A DNA stretch of 64,000 nt from Marsupella aquatica (Eukaryota > Plantae > Marchantiophyta): positions 248,001-312,000 of the forward strand of contig OZ316897.1 in the NCBI GenBank assembly GCA_973895155.1, read 5' to 3'. The position numbers and the translations under genes are program-made. Numbering within the stretch: position 1 is the first letter of the stretch; each line of letters opens with the position of its first letter. A model generated the notes under the pieces. The model did not search any database, was not told where the DNA came from, and saw only the letters and a program-made list of their open reading frames with translations. Positions 11,365-24,338 of the stretch are shown piece after piece.

Positions 11365-13864
11365 TTCACTCTGATCTCACATTGACAAGATGCTGATTGC
11401 CAGATGGCTCAAATTTGTGAGCTCCCATTGATCTATGCTATCTGCCTCGCACAATAAGTCTGAGCCTGACCTGATGCTGGAGTGATGACTCTGATTAGAT
11501 CAAGACATATTGCTCTTTCAAGTAAATAGGGTCCTCTGTGCTTTTGCCGATGCTGCTAGTTTATCTTGGCAATCTAGTCGTTTACTATCTTCATTGCTTC
11601 TTTCACTATCGTGCTGAAATCGTATATTAGCCCGTCGTGGTTAGCATCCCATAATTCTTTCATGGCCACTGCAGAAGAGCTGTTGTAGGCTCCAACTTAC
11701 TTACTGCTGGGTACCCCTCCAGTAATTTCACTGGAAAATGACAGGATTTCTTCGATATGGGAGTGCATGAATTGAATTTAGGGGCCCTATATGTATTAGC
11801 ATCAAGATTGATTTCTTCCATTTCCAGACACTTACGCTTCCGAAATTTCTACCTAGTAACATGAGTCCTATTTCTAATTTGCACATGTCTTTGTGTGTTG
11901 TCTTATGAAAATGCTTTGACCAGCTATCGGGTGATCCCCTGTATTGCCCAGGGAAAGCTGATAAACTGTTCAATGTGCTCTGCTCCGGGAGAACTAAATT
12001 CGTCAAGCTGAAGTGTAAGTTTTATATTATTTCTGAATTTTTGTGTATCTTGTATCGAGATTGGAATGATAGTCCGGCGGTCAATATTCTACGTCTCAAG
12101 CTTGGTCAGCTTCCTCCACAACTGACTTCGTTCCAGTGTCTTTTCCTCAGGTCAGCATTCTCGCTAGTCTTCTTGGGAGGGTGGAACACATATTTAATGT
12201 GATGTGGCTTGATTACTTAGACCAGGCGACGACCCGAATCTTTGAATGTATGGGAGGGAGTCCTCCAGATCCTCGCACTGCTTCCAGATGTTTTTTGTAT
12301 GCTGAAAATTCTGTACCATTTGCCATGATAACTCCTTAGGTTCTTGGAGTAGGCGTCCGCTCCTCCTTGAGTTTCAATTCTTGATTCAGTATGGCATCCG
12401 GTTGCATAGCTTCGGCACACAAAGCTTCTCCCCATGTCTCAAGAGGATTTCTAAAATGAGACTTTTCTTCACTCAATAGGGGCACTGGCAGGCATTGTAT
12501 AACTGGGCAATTGGTGTTTACGACCGGGCCAGATCCATCAGAGGTAGGACCAAAGAGGCAGATGAGCTGTGGAAGCAGGTTTTGCCCATATGCTAGTGCA
12601 TCTGTTTCACAGCTATATGCTGTACGTGGGTTCCCCGAAGGCATCGAGTGCCATGCTAACCAGAACTTAGGCTACTAATCGTTCTTGGGCAAACGGAGCG
12701 ACGGCCGATCTGTCCAACGAGGCAAGCTTTGTATCTTTCAAAGCTTTCACTCAGATTCGATTTCAAACTTGAATCCTTATGAATTCTTCATCTGAGTGGG
12801 TCTGAGATGCGGACAGAAAGACTCCATCATTTAGTAATCTGGCGTTTTCAACTGAGCGAAAGAGGAGAAACCATTCTCAATTGTTTCAGAGTTTTACAAA
12901 GTCCGTACCCGTTACTACCAAGATAACATCCAAAATTCCCTAAAACTCTAGTTCTTGATTGTTTCATATATAAAATATTCATTTGATGTTTAACATATTT
13001 CTCAGGGCACTTCAAATCTCGAGCTAGACCGGAGAAAGAGAGGCGGACTGTTGTAAGATGGGAGGTGATCAATCCTGAATTGAATTGCATTGGGGATTTG
13101 GAAAAGCTCAGCTCACTCAACTAGGCTTAGTCCAGTCGAATTTCAAGTCACAGATCAAGGTTTGTGTGATCAAATCCGAGTGACAGTTGATACCAATGGT
13201 ACCATTGCGATTTCCAAGCAAGATATGCACAACGTTTACTCTTGTAATTGTTGGAGTCTTCGTCCTGTCCCCGAAGGACAGACATTGGTACCCGCAAGTT
13301 CATCTCCATCCAACTATACTACACAATAAATGTCTTCTGCCAAGATTCCTCGAACATGTAGAGAAGAGGACTACAGGATCGATAAAAAGGTTACTAGGTA
13401 AAATTGAAGTTGTAGCAGCACTCAATCAAATGATCAATCACTGTAGTCGACTTTTTCACTGAGATGGGCATTTACTACTAGTCAATACTTCTCCAGTGAT
13501 TCCTCGAGTGATGAAGCGTTCTGGTGAATGAAGTACCAAACATGAAACCCATTTCGCTGGTACCAAGGTGGCAAAGATGCGAATTGTGACTGGTGGGCAC
13601 GCTCTTGGAACTTTTAGGACTTTATTCAAAGGCAGCGCACACATTGTGAAGGGTTCCAAAGTCCGAGCAATTGTTGCCAATGCTCATGCAAGTTCTTGTG
13701 ACAAAAGTAGACTGGAGCTTGTGAATCTTGTGAATCATATATCGCTTCCATGACAAGGGCAAGGAAAGAGACAAATTCTTCTCATGTTTGGACAGTTTGG
13801 AAATCACACAAGAGACCCTAATGAAATCAACTCAACAAGAAATCAAAAAGTTCAGATGTCTTGG

Positions 13865-13878
13865 CCCTAAACCCTAAA
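13865..13878 (-). repeat. Telomeric repeat (TTTAGGG)x2 at truncation point of the ORF remnant
   Basis: CCCTAAACCCTAAA on +, about 6 nt beyond the last base homologous to copy 1. Confidence 0.8.
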
Positions 13879-13884
13879 TATGAC

Positions 13885-14934
13885 CCTTTTTGCCGCATCC
13901 ATCTCCTCCGTTGCGTCTTGGCATGCCTCTTCCAACTGTTGGGCGTCGCTCGTCAGCTATGCCACCAGTTGGTCTTGGGTCATGGTCTCCTGAAGGAGTC
14001 GCTCCACATCAACCTTTAGGGCATCAACCTCCGCCGCATCTCTTTGGGCCCAAGCTTTGGCCTCCTCCAAGTCCTTCCCATCTGCCATGTCGTTGCTTGC
14101 CCCTTCAAGCCATGATCTATGCCCAAAGCCAAGCTATTTTTGCATCCTTGCCGGCTCTGGCTTAAAGGGCCAAGGCCAGCTATGCTTTGGCTTCCATTAC
14201 TTGGCCCAGGGCGGTCACTAATTGTGGACAAAGGAGTTGCAACTTTGTCTCTCTAGCTGAAAGCTTCATCTAAGAGCCTCAGCCCGGAACCGCTTGGGGA
14301 CTTCTCAACTTGCTTCTCTGCTTTAGTCTGGGCTTGGCCTGCCTTAGCGCAACCAGTTCTTGGCTAAATAAGTAAGCCACCTTGCGGGCCATAAATTCCA
14401 ACCCCAAGATCACGATTGATTGCTACAGAGAAGTCACCGAGCAACCCGTTTAGGAACGTACTCGGACTGAAGGGTTCCAAACTATGTTTGTAGGGGCTGG
14501 ACAGGCCCCACATCTGACTAGGTGATGGTGGGGGTGGATAGGTCCAGAGCAAGAGTGAGGTTGATAGTGGATGGTGGGTCCGCCGAGGGAGAAGGACCTG
14601 TCGGGGCCGGTGCAGGGGATAATGGTGTTTCCTCTGGATTAGCTAAGGTGCCTCGGGCACGGGATCAGCTACAAGAGGGCTGACCATAGTGGTTTCCTGA
14701 GCTTGGTTTTGCGCGTCTAAGATTACAATGACCGCGCCCGTGACCGCAGTTTCTAGCAACAAAGACGATCTCGACCTCCTTAGTTGGCCTTGGGCTGGGA
14801 TGGGGGCAGTGGGTACCAGGCTCCGTGCTTTGGGTTGGGTTCACCTCTCCGCCTGGAAGACCCATCTGGCCTGGGTGATCTTTGGCTCATTGCATCGGGG
14901 AAGCATTTGGCGATCAAAACAGGCGTACCACTCC
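13885..14934 (-). pseudogene. Second, more decayed copy of the TE accessory coiled-coil ORF
   Basis: Minus strand encodes TFLNGLLGDFS, and GAATTTATGGCCCGCAAGGTGGCTTACTTATTTAGCCAAGAACTGGTTGCG matches 3022-3072; similarity spans roughly 2492-3530 of copy 1. Confidence 0.85.
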
Positions 14935-15387
14935 AAGTGTGTATCGGAGGAGTGAAGGGCGATGGGCTCAAAGCTTGCGCAAGGAATGAACTAGTGAGAC
15001 ATGAGGAAGGAGGGCTCTCCCTTTTATATCTTCAAGCGCATCTCAAATGTTTGGCTCCCCCTGCTCGTGATTTGCTAGGCTGCTCACAACCAAAGCTTGC
15101 AGCTTACTCCCCCAGTCTGAGTTCGAGCGTGCCCAAGATTTGATTCCGGATCAATCATACAGACTCAAGACTGATAGCCATAATGTATGCCTAATCATGT
15201 TGACGTCAGGTGCCGCACCGCCAGCCCAAAAGTGAACATTGAACATCAACTAAGCCTAGTCTAATCATCATGACTAACTAATTTAGAGTCATTATGCTAA
15301 TAACTACGTACTTCTATGTCTACGTAATGCATGCTTAATACGGATTAAGCCGTACTACTGATTACTTGTCGTGCTGGCGGCGTCACA
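14935..15387 (-). mobile_element. Probable truncated LTR fragment
   Basis: Minus strand begins TGTGACGCCGCC and contains a TATA-like GATATAAAAGGG (~15019-15030); abuts a copia RNase H remnant on its right. Confidence 0.4.
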
Positions 15388-15389
15388 CA

Positions 15390-16612
15390 GGTGATGGGGA
15401 GGCCTCCATATAGTGAGACCCCTAAGGTAGTAGACTTCCTGTTATCCAAGTTACCAGTATAATCTGAATCTACAAAACCTCCCAACTCTAATGTAGAGTT
15501 TGTTTTACCATCAAATAAAATCCCATAATCTAAAGTACCTTTTGGCTATTGCAAAATCCACTTCACTGCTTCCGAGTGAAGCTTACAAGCCATGGTTTGC
15601 CATCAATCTACTCAAAATGCTAACAACATGGGAAATGTCAGGTCTAGTGCATGTCATTGTATACATCAAACTACCCACAATACTATCATAGGGAACATGT
15701 TTCATCGTCAGTCTATCACTCTCACTAGAAAGACAATCATTCTTTGAGAGTTTGAAGTGGGAAGCCAATGGAGTACCAACTGGTTTTGCATTCTCCATTC
15801 CATACTTGGCAAGTACCTTCTCCAAGTACAACCTTTGAGACAACCATAATTGACTCTGCTCCTTGTCACGATGAATCTTCATCTCTAGAATCTTCTTGGT
15901 TTGATCCAAGTCCTTCATTAAAAACTCCTTACTCAACATTGCTTTTAGATGGGCAACATCAGCCTTACTCTTAGCCAGGATCAGCATGTCATCCACCGAC
16001 GTACAGTGCCAACATAATGTAACCAAAGTGTGAGACAGTCATTCTCACCTCCCTCATGTAAATACAACAATCATGTTCACTCCGGGTGAAACCTTGGGAC
16101 AATATGAAGGAATCAAAATGCTTATTCCACTGTTTGGACTCTGCTTCAAACCATGTAACAAACACAAGAGCTAACACGCCAAGTGTCTGGTTTGCTCATC
16201 AATAAAACTTGGAGACTAAGTCATATAAATCTCCACATCAAGCAAGTCATGCAGGAAAATAGTAATTACATCCATCTGATCTAGCTCAAGATCATAGAAT
16301 ATCACAATCGCAAGTAAACACAAATAGTAGTGAGTTTGACAACCTGTGAGAAAACTTAGACCTGTGTGTTTGCTCATTAAACATCGGCAACACAACCAAA
16401 AATTTGGAGTCTAGAGTAATCAGTAGGTCTCTTATACCACAACTCAAATGGAGCCATATTAAAGTTTTTTTTAAACTTATTATTGTGCTGTGATAGATTA
16501 TGAACCAGGTTATAAACGTATTCAACTTGGTTGACAACCTCAACCCAAAAATTGTTATGCAACTTGGACTTACATAAACACGATATCAGACCAAACAAGA
16601 ACTTTTTCCGCA
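15390..16612 (-). mobile_element. Ty1/copia pol fragment (integrase end, RT, start of RNase H), same family as 22420-27240
   Basis: LYVDDMLIL, MKDL..KKIL, VGSLMYTMTCTRPDI, GFVDSDY..LDNRKST motifs; close DNA match to 25700-27240 with an ~600-bp internal deletion at ~16352. Confidence 0.9.
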
Positions 16613-18195
16613 AGGGGAGAAGTGTGTTTTTGATTTACTCATATTTTCCCCAATTTTGGAGAAAAATGTGAAATTTTGGTACAAAAAATGCTTATTAACT
16701 TCAAGATTTTCAAGTTTTTGTATGGGACAATGGGTTGCATCGAGACATAAGGGAATGTGTCCACAACTACATTTTATAATTCATGAATGTAGTAAACCTG
16801 AAGTTGCACGACAAGTGCATTTATCAGAATGGAAAACACCAAAAATCAAATTTTCTAAAAGACAAAGAAAGATAGAAACATTTTCATCATCCGTCACAAA
16901 AACCAAGACCAATTTAGCCAAACCCGATACCCGTATCACAAAATGGATTCAATGACCAAAATCAACACCAAAAACAACAAAATGACCCATTACGATAAAA
17001 AATTACTTATTCCTTGACCAAAGTTTATGTTGCAATGCATCACAGTTAACCCAATCAATGGCAAATTCAAATTGCACAGTAATGCTATCATTCAAAGTCG
17101 TGACCACAATTCAAAAATGCACAATTCAACAACTGCTCGATGCCGTGACCACTCAATCATGACACGGTGACACCAAGAATATACTGCAAATAATGTATCT
17201 CCTGTTTATGCGCCTGAGAAAGCTACTTTGGATCAAAAATTGTATACAAGTCTCGCTCGAGACCGCTAAAGCTCAAAAACTCCACTTCGGAGACTTTCAC
17301 CCTATTTTGTTGTGTAGTGAAAACTAGTCCAATAGATAAAGGCATGTGGTAAAACTTGAGCAAAAGTATAAATACAAGGACGCCCACATATTTTGAGACT
17401 CATTATGTCTGTCTGGGTTTGTTGTCACTTTGCATAGAGCTGCATGGCGTCTTTGGTTTGTCTTGACTTAATGCAAAATTTCATAGCACGTTGCATAACT
17501 CCAGCATGTCTCAGTCAGGGTTGCTGTTGACTTCCGTTAAGTCATTTCCTAATGTAGGTCCTTGTTGTTTGCCAAACCATATTTGCCAACTATTACCACT
17601 CTTGTAGTAGAGCATACCCAAAATATCTGATTTAGACTCTAATTCTCCGTCTAATTCAGATGGGAGATCAGGACAGGAACCAGGAACTTACTTTGTGTCT
17701 CTGAGTAAGCCTGACAAATGTCGTCTTCTCAATATCCCATCCCAGGAATACAGAGACTAAAAATACAAGGCTTAGGGCCAAGACATCATTTTAGACCGTC
17801 AATTCTGAGTTACAAAGAGGGAATAAAGAGGATAATATGAGTATCGGCCTCTGCATTGAATGTTACTAATTTGAAGCATGTGCAACAATGGATCTTGCAA
17901 GGGAAGAAGAGTCAAAGAACTGGTGGTCTATTGCGGCCAACGATACCAATATCGCTGTTTGCATTGAATAGGTGAATAATTAAATATAGTAACACCACCC
18001 TCAATTTTCATATTCTTCCTCATGTCTAGCCACAATAGGTTTTTTGATTTACCTATTTTTTTATGCTCCTGAAAAATAGAAATGGAACACCATATGAAAG
18101 GACCTGTGCAAAGCAATCCATCCAACCAAACGAATGGTAGGGCCAGCCACTGGGGCGTTAGCAATGGGCTTTGCAACAAGTGCAAAACACACTAT

Positions 18196-18475
18196 GAGCA
18201 CCTCGGGGGTTTGACTATCAACAATCTTAGGAACCACGTGCGATCCAAAAATAAGTATTTTTCATATAAATTAGCTAAATGTTTAAAAAGCGTAGGAAGC
18301 AAAAGAAGGTATTATAAACCTATATTTGTAGAATATTCTCTAATATATACCTTTTATAAAGTAAAATAGGTCATTAATATTGAATATTCTCATTATAAAA
18401 TAGGGGTGTTTTTAATAGGCTAGGATCGCACGTGGTACCCCAAAATATACACTAAGTTAACCCCCCGAGATGAGC
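18196..18475. mobile_element. Foldback MITE (possibly PIF/Harbinger-Tourist-like), ~280 bp
   Basis: Imperfect terminal IR GAGCACCTCGGGGG / CCCCCCGAGATGAGC, perfect inner 14-bp IR ACCACGTGCGATCC (18233-18246) / GGATCGCACGTGGT (18423-18436), AT-rich self-complementary core. Confidence 0.65.
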
Positions 18476-19204
18476 ACACTGAACATCTATTCTTTAGCTA
18501 TTGTACGGTTGTTGGGAGATGGAGAGAGATATACTCTCTGCTCCAACAATCGACCACTCTGTAGGTTGCACATGGTTCCCTGCACCAAGCAATCACTTTG
18601 GCCATTCTCCCGCACAAGCAAAAGCATGGTCCCTTGGTTCTGGTCATGGAGATGTGTAGTAGCATCTGGAAGGAAAGAAACGCCGCCAGCAAGGCCGCCA
18701 GTTACTCTCAATTCCTTGGGAGACTGCCTGGATGGGTTGGTTTTGCGCCAAACTGAAACTCATTTGAAATCAATGTTGGATTGTTGCCACTCTGCTAGGA
18801 AAGGCAAACAACTTAGAACCGCCATTGAACAACTCCAGGTTGTTCTCAAACCTTGGGAGACTGTGGAAACCCCAATTGCACTTAACAATGATGATGTTGA
18901 TAGATAAAATGTTAGGTATTGCTCTTAGTCTTGTGACTCTTGAGTTAACCACAGTTAGGCTAACTCAGGTTAGGACTTAGCTAAGGTTAGCGGTAGTATT
19001 GTTGTGTATATAGCCAGGGCTGGTGCAAGTCTCTGGTGGATCTTCAGTTCATTATTGGAGTGGAGCAAGAGAAAAGTAAAGGTCTCTTGCTTTCCCGTGG
19101 ACCTAGCCTCAGTCGTGAGGTGAACCACATACTCGCTGTGTCGACTATTTTGTATGGTGTTCACATGTGCATGGTGTCTCGGGATAGGGATTATCCCCAA
19201 CAAG

Positions 19205-19216
19205 TGGTATCAGAGC
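19205..19216 (+). promoter_or_regulatory. Primer-binding site (tRNA-iMet) of copia A
   Basis: TGGTATCAGAGC two nt after the LTR-terminal CA. Confidence 0.9.
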
Positions 19217-22200
19217 ATGCCTGGGAGGTGACATCGTGGTGACAAGATTTTCTTGTGTAGTTGACGGTTTGAAGATCCCGGAAGTTTTTGACGCATGAAA
19301 CTTGTTGGTGGTGGGCTCATCGGATAGATCGTTGATAGGGCTTTCTAACGGCAGTTAGAAATCATCGATCGGGTTTCTAAGTGAGGAATAATAGCAAAAA
19401 TTGTTTTTCTGTGGAGTTTCGTGTTCGACGGTTTTAGTGGGGAGATACCTGAGTTTGTTTTTTCAACGGTGTGAGCTGTGCGGTGCGCGAGGCGTCGCAT
19501 GTGATAGCTCAAGTTGAAGGTTGAAGCGAGCTGGTCATTTCGGTACCTGGTTTGCTAACGTTTGCGGATCGAGTGAGACGTGACGAGTGAAAGTTGAGTT
19601 CTGATTTTTTGACAAGCTATGGTGCTTGTTTTTCTCTGAAACGGGTTACTTGTCATGACGGTCGACTCGGAGGAGTAAACGTGAAGTGCTTGGGCTCAAC
19701 GGAGAGATCGCGGCAAAGCGGTCATTTTGAGTCTGGGATTGGCACTTGACACGGGGTGAAGGCGATGCGGCGGAAGTTCTTTCTCTACAGGAGCTGCAGA
19801 CATGCCGGTGCAATTCAACAACATTTTCATGTCGGCGGTTATCACTTTTCTCATTGGAAACCAAAGCGGAGGAGGCTGAGGTTTGTAACACGGCCTTTGT
19901 GTCATTTTTGGCATATTTGTAGGTTATTTTAGGGCATTTTTTTGCCCCCATACGGCCCGTATACCTTCACACCCCGACAAACCGGCTTTGCCATACTCCC
20001 CGGCGCGCGCCCCGGCCCCCACATCCCCTTAAGCGCAAAAAAACAGCCAAAAATGCCTTTATACAACCCAAATACGTGAAAATATGCGTGTTTCAACCCC
20101 TTTTAACCCCTTTTTTTGCCATTTTTTGGCGTTTATATGCATTTCTGGCCGTGAATACGCACACCTTTAAGGAGCACTTAGACCCCTTTAAACTGATTTT
20201 TTCTCAAATTTTTTCTCTCCTCCTCCTCATTGGTTGTGCCACATCCTAGGCCATATGACCCGGCATTTTAACCGCTCCGACAGGGGGAACGGCCCCCTGT
20301 GAGCCCTGTTGTACTGTGCGAGGAATATTCTGAAAAAACAGAGAGTGTGTTTCTGGCTGTTAGTCCAAGATTCCGAGGTCCGAATGGTAATTTTTTCTGG
20401 TTGTTTTTGAGAAGGTGGTAGCTATTTGAGTTAGCTGTGCGGAGCAGCACTCCATTCGCGATTCTGACATTGATTGCCCGTTCATATTGAGGAGATTCTC
20501 GGAGGTGGTCAAAACGGGGGAGTTTTCCATGGTTTTACCCACCCCGACCAAAATCTGAATAACTTTTTTGTCGAAGTTTGTTTTTTATTTTTGTTTTCAG
20601 TTTTGGACTCCTAGCTTCATGGGCTACACGATAGTGTTGAGTTCTGAGTTTTATGAGAAGTTTCAAAAAAAGACATTTTTTTGTGATTTTCTCATATGAG
20701 TGACTTAGAGGATACTGGAAGAATCGACGTTGGTGGAGGTTCGGGTTTGCGATGGTCAGACGGAGAGTCTGAGGAGGAGCTGGTACCGTTTGAGGAGGAA
20801 TAAGTGTCACCGGTACGATTACCGGTGCGACGTGCAGTGGAGGAAGCTGTTCTACTACCAGAGATGTTGGTAGTTTGGAAGAAGAGAGAGATGGCAAGAT
20901 TTGGAGGAGTGAAGTTTGAGGTGGAGAAGTACAACGGCCGTACTGATTACTTGCTATGGGAGAAGCAAGTGAAGGGTGTTCTTCGTGCCATGGGCTTAGA
21001 TCATTTGATCTCTACGCGAGAACAATATGATGGAGAGGAGGAGATTTCTATGAAGCAATGGAGACAGGAGCAGGTGATTGCTGTCAACGCGATGATGCTT
21101 TACCTCAAGCCGCATATCATCAAGAAGTTGGATGATTATGTGGATTGCGCATCACTCTTCAAGGCCCTCAGAGAGAAGTACTACCGGGAAGATGCATCGG
21201 ACCGGTTGTACAAGAAGTCTCTCTTGATGAGCCTCGGGCTCAAGGAAGGGAGCAAGCTGTAGGATTACCTGGATGAGTTTGACAGCCTGGCGATGGATTT
21301 GTCAAACCTGGGTAAGGGAGTTGAAGATGAGGATAAGGCCTTATTTTTGCTAAGCTCCTTACCGCCATCTTATCAGGGCTTGAAACAGACGCTCTTTTAT
21401 AGAGATCTGAAGTCCATTTCATATGATGAGGTGGTGAGCTCTCTACTATCTGATGATGCTCAGAAGAAGCTGGGTCTAGCCCAGACAACATCTTCATCCG
21501 GTACTGCATTGAATGTGAACTGTAGGAGGTCTACGCAGCGGATGAATGGAGAGAACAGGTTTAGATCTAAGTCAAGGGGAAGATCTAAATCTATAGGAAA
21601 ATCGCAAGAGAAGAAATCTTGAGCATGTTGGATATGTGGCAAGGAAGGTCACATGAAGAGAGATTGTCAGGTAAAGAACTCTACCCCATCAGCTAATGCG
21701 GCATCCAGCGCACATGAGGTATATTTCCTCGATGATGATATTTTGTGATGCCATGGCTTTGCCCTCAACGTAGTATCTCATCAGGGAGATGATGGTTGGA
21801 TACTAAATAGTGCTTGTACTTTTCACATTTGCTATAGGAGAGGATTTTTTCAGTTCTTACATGGTTTCCAACGGTTCAGTGTTGATGGGAAATGGAATCC
21901 CATGCCAAGTAGTTGGACTTGGATCTGTGAGATTATAGATGTTTGATGGTGTTGTAAGAACAGTGCGGAATCTGAGACATATTTCAAGCATGATGAAAAA
22001 TTTAATTTCACTTGGAATGTTAGAAGCAAATGGCCATCAATGGAGTTCTGCATGCTAATGTTGTCCTTCAGGTTTCAACCGGTAATAAGGTTGTGTTGAA
22101 GGGAAAGAGGCACAAAAATTTGTATATTATGGAGGGCAGAGTGGTATGTGATGAAGCCAATGTAACCTTATCTCATGAGGAGACGGCTCGGCTGTGGCAC

Positions 22201-22718
22201 GTCACATGAGTGAAAAAGGTTTGGCTGTACTTTTGAAAAGAGGTTTGATTTTTAATATGTACTCTAGTAAGTTAGATTTCTCTGAGCATTGTGTGTTTGG
22301 GAAGCAACACAGGAAACCCTTTGGATTTGGAACTCACACCAGCAAGGAGGTACTTGAGTATGTACATAGTGATGTGTGGGGACCAGCCCCTACTCCCTCA
22401 CACTCTGGATGGTTATACTTGTTAGGAATTGACTTGAGTTCCCAACTATAGTTAGTTTGGCCTTACTAGGGTTAATTGACCCTTGGTTAGTTTGGGATAA
22501 GATCCACTTATTTAGGCCCACACATCTTAGTCCCCCTTGGGGGGTATAGGTTGGAGGGAGGGCATTCTCTCCCTCATTCTTCACATGTTCAATCTCATGA
22601 GCTATGGATCCTTCAAGAGTTTCTCCATGATCATGGTGTCTTGTTGGTGTAGTGTGAGATTGAGTGCTCTCATGTTCTGCATTGCTATCTAGTCTGGAGT
22701 TGACAGTTTTTCTACAAG

Positions 22719-22730
22719 TGGTATCAGAGC
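22719..22730 (+). promoter_or_regulatory. Primer-binding site (tRNA-iMet) of copia B
   Basis: TGGTATCAGAGC two nt after the LTR-terminal CA. Confidence 0.9.
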
Positions 22731-23377
22731 TTCGTGTTCGACAATCGGTTGCCTGGACAGTGGTGAGAGCGTTTGTGTGTTGGATCATGGTGGAAGATTG
22801 AATCGTCGTCGACGATTGCGTGATCTTTTCACTAGCCATTTTGCGTTGATCATTTCATGTTTGGAAGTGGTGGCGGTTTCTCGATTGAAACTTTGTTGAA
22901 CACAGTGTTCCTAAAGGGTATTGTCAAGAGGACAGTTCAACGATTTATTATGCGCATCGGTGGGCACTTCATCTCGGTGAAATTTTCACAGTGTTTCATC
23001 CGGCAAGTGCGGAACAATATCATTTTATGTTTTGCTGTTTGTAGCCTAATGTCTTTGGCTATGGAGTCTAAGTGCTCGGCATGATCTCGTATGAGGTCTT
23101 GGGTTGATGTTTTCTTGGGAAAAATATCGATGTTCTTTTTTTCCTTTTAGATCAAAGTTGCGTTTTTTCTCATTTTTTCTTCTTTACCTCTTGGTCGCGT
23201 CGTGCAACAATTTGCGATGGCGCCGACAACTTTTGTGGTGGAGTACAAGTGCAAGTACGCAGCCGCCGGTCACCGCATAGGTGAGGTGTGGTTGTTAGTT
23301 AGGGCATAGAGAAAATGACAAGTGAACAGTGATTTTTTCCAAAAATCACGTCGTGTTTAGTGCTTGTTTTGAGTGGC

Positions 23378-23603
23378 GGTGAGAAAGTTCTCCCACAAAA
23401 CACTGTTTCGTCGCCGCTCAGTGTTGGTGAGAAAGTCTCCCATGGAACACTATTCCGTCGTGGTTCTTTGGTGGGAAATTGTGTCCCACGAAACATCATT
23501 CCACGGAAACTTTACAGTGGGGAAACAGTGACCCCACGGAACACCATTCCGCAACAACTTTGTGGTGGGAAAATAGTGACCCGGTGGAACACCGTTCCGC
23601 GGG
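23378..23603 (+). repeat. Five degenerate ~46-48-bp tandem units in the copia B leader
   Basis: GTG(A/G)GAAA..CCCA(C/T)GGAACAC.ATTCCG core repeated five times. Confidence 0.7.
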
Positions 23604-24298
23604 TGCTTTGAGGACCAAGAAAATAAGAAAAAAACATTTTTTGTGATAAGTTTATGCTGAAGCAGTTTTTTGCCAAATCGTTTTCAGATATTGGTAGTAT
23701 ACCTTGTAGGCTACGCGGTGGTGCATTACAGTCCTACTTTTGCCAACTTTCATTTTTTGGTGATTATGTGTAGAGGTATTTCGGTACTTGTGTGTCCTGT
23801 GTGTTTTGTGTCAACATCAATGACTTCACGCAAGCTTGCGGCGCCAAAGTTTGAGGTAGAAAAGTTTGATGGGAAGGTCAGCTTTAGCCTATGGACTCGG
23901 AAGGTAACCAACGTGTTGATCCAGCACGGTCTTGAGAAGACCATCACTGGAGTGAAGCCCTCGATCGACTCTGACAGATGAGGAGTGGGAAGACGCGTCG
24001 GTGCAAGCGTGTAGTACAATTGAGTTATTCTTGGTAAACAACATTCTCAAGAACGTGTTGGGGATGGATTGTAACGCCAAGAAGATTTGGGATACACTTA
24101 CTAAGCTATACCAAAGTACTTCATTGACTACTCACATTTACCAGTTAGAGCGGCTATTTAGGTTGAAGTTGCAGGATGGTGGAAACATGCGTGATCATTT
24201 AGTCTCTTCGATGAGATTGTGCATGAGGTGACCACGGCAGGAGATAAGTTGACCGATGAGTACCTTGCATGCAATGCATTTGTTGATGTCACTTTCGA

Positions 24299-24338
24299 AG
24301 AGCTTTAATTTAGGATTTAGGGTTTAGAGCTTTAATTT
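24299..24338 (+). repeat. Telomere-like insertion with 13-bp flanking duplication inside copia B gag
   Basis: AGAGCTTTAATTT-AGGATTTAGGGTTT-AGAGCTTTAATTT. Confidence 0.8.

Noticed and set aside
18510-19202. Alternative longer LTR for copia A starting TGTTGGG at 18510
   Set aside because: The 18910 start matches the start sequence and ~295-bp length of the element B LTR; no 3' LTR is available to decide conclusively.
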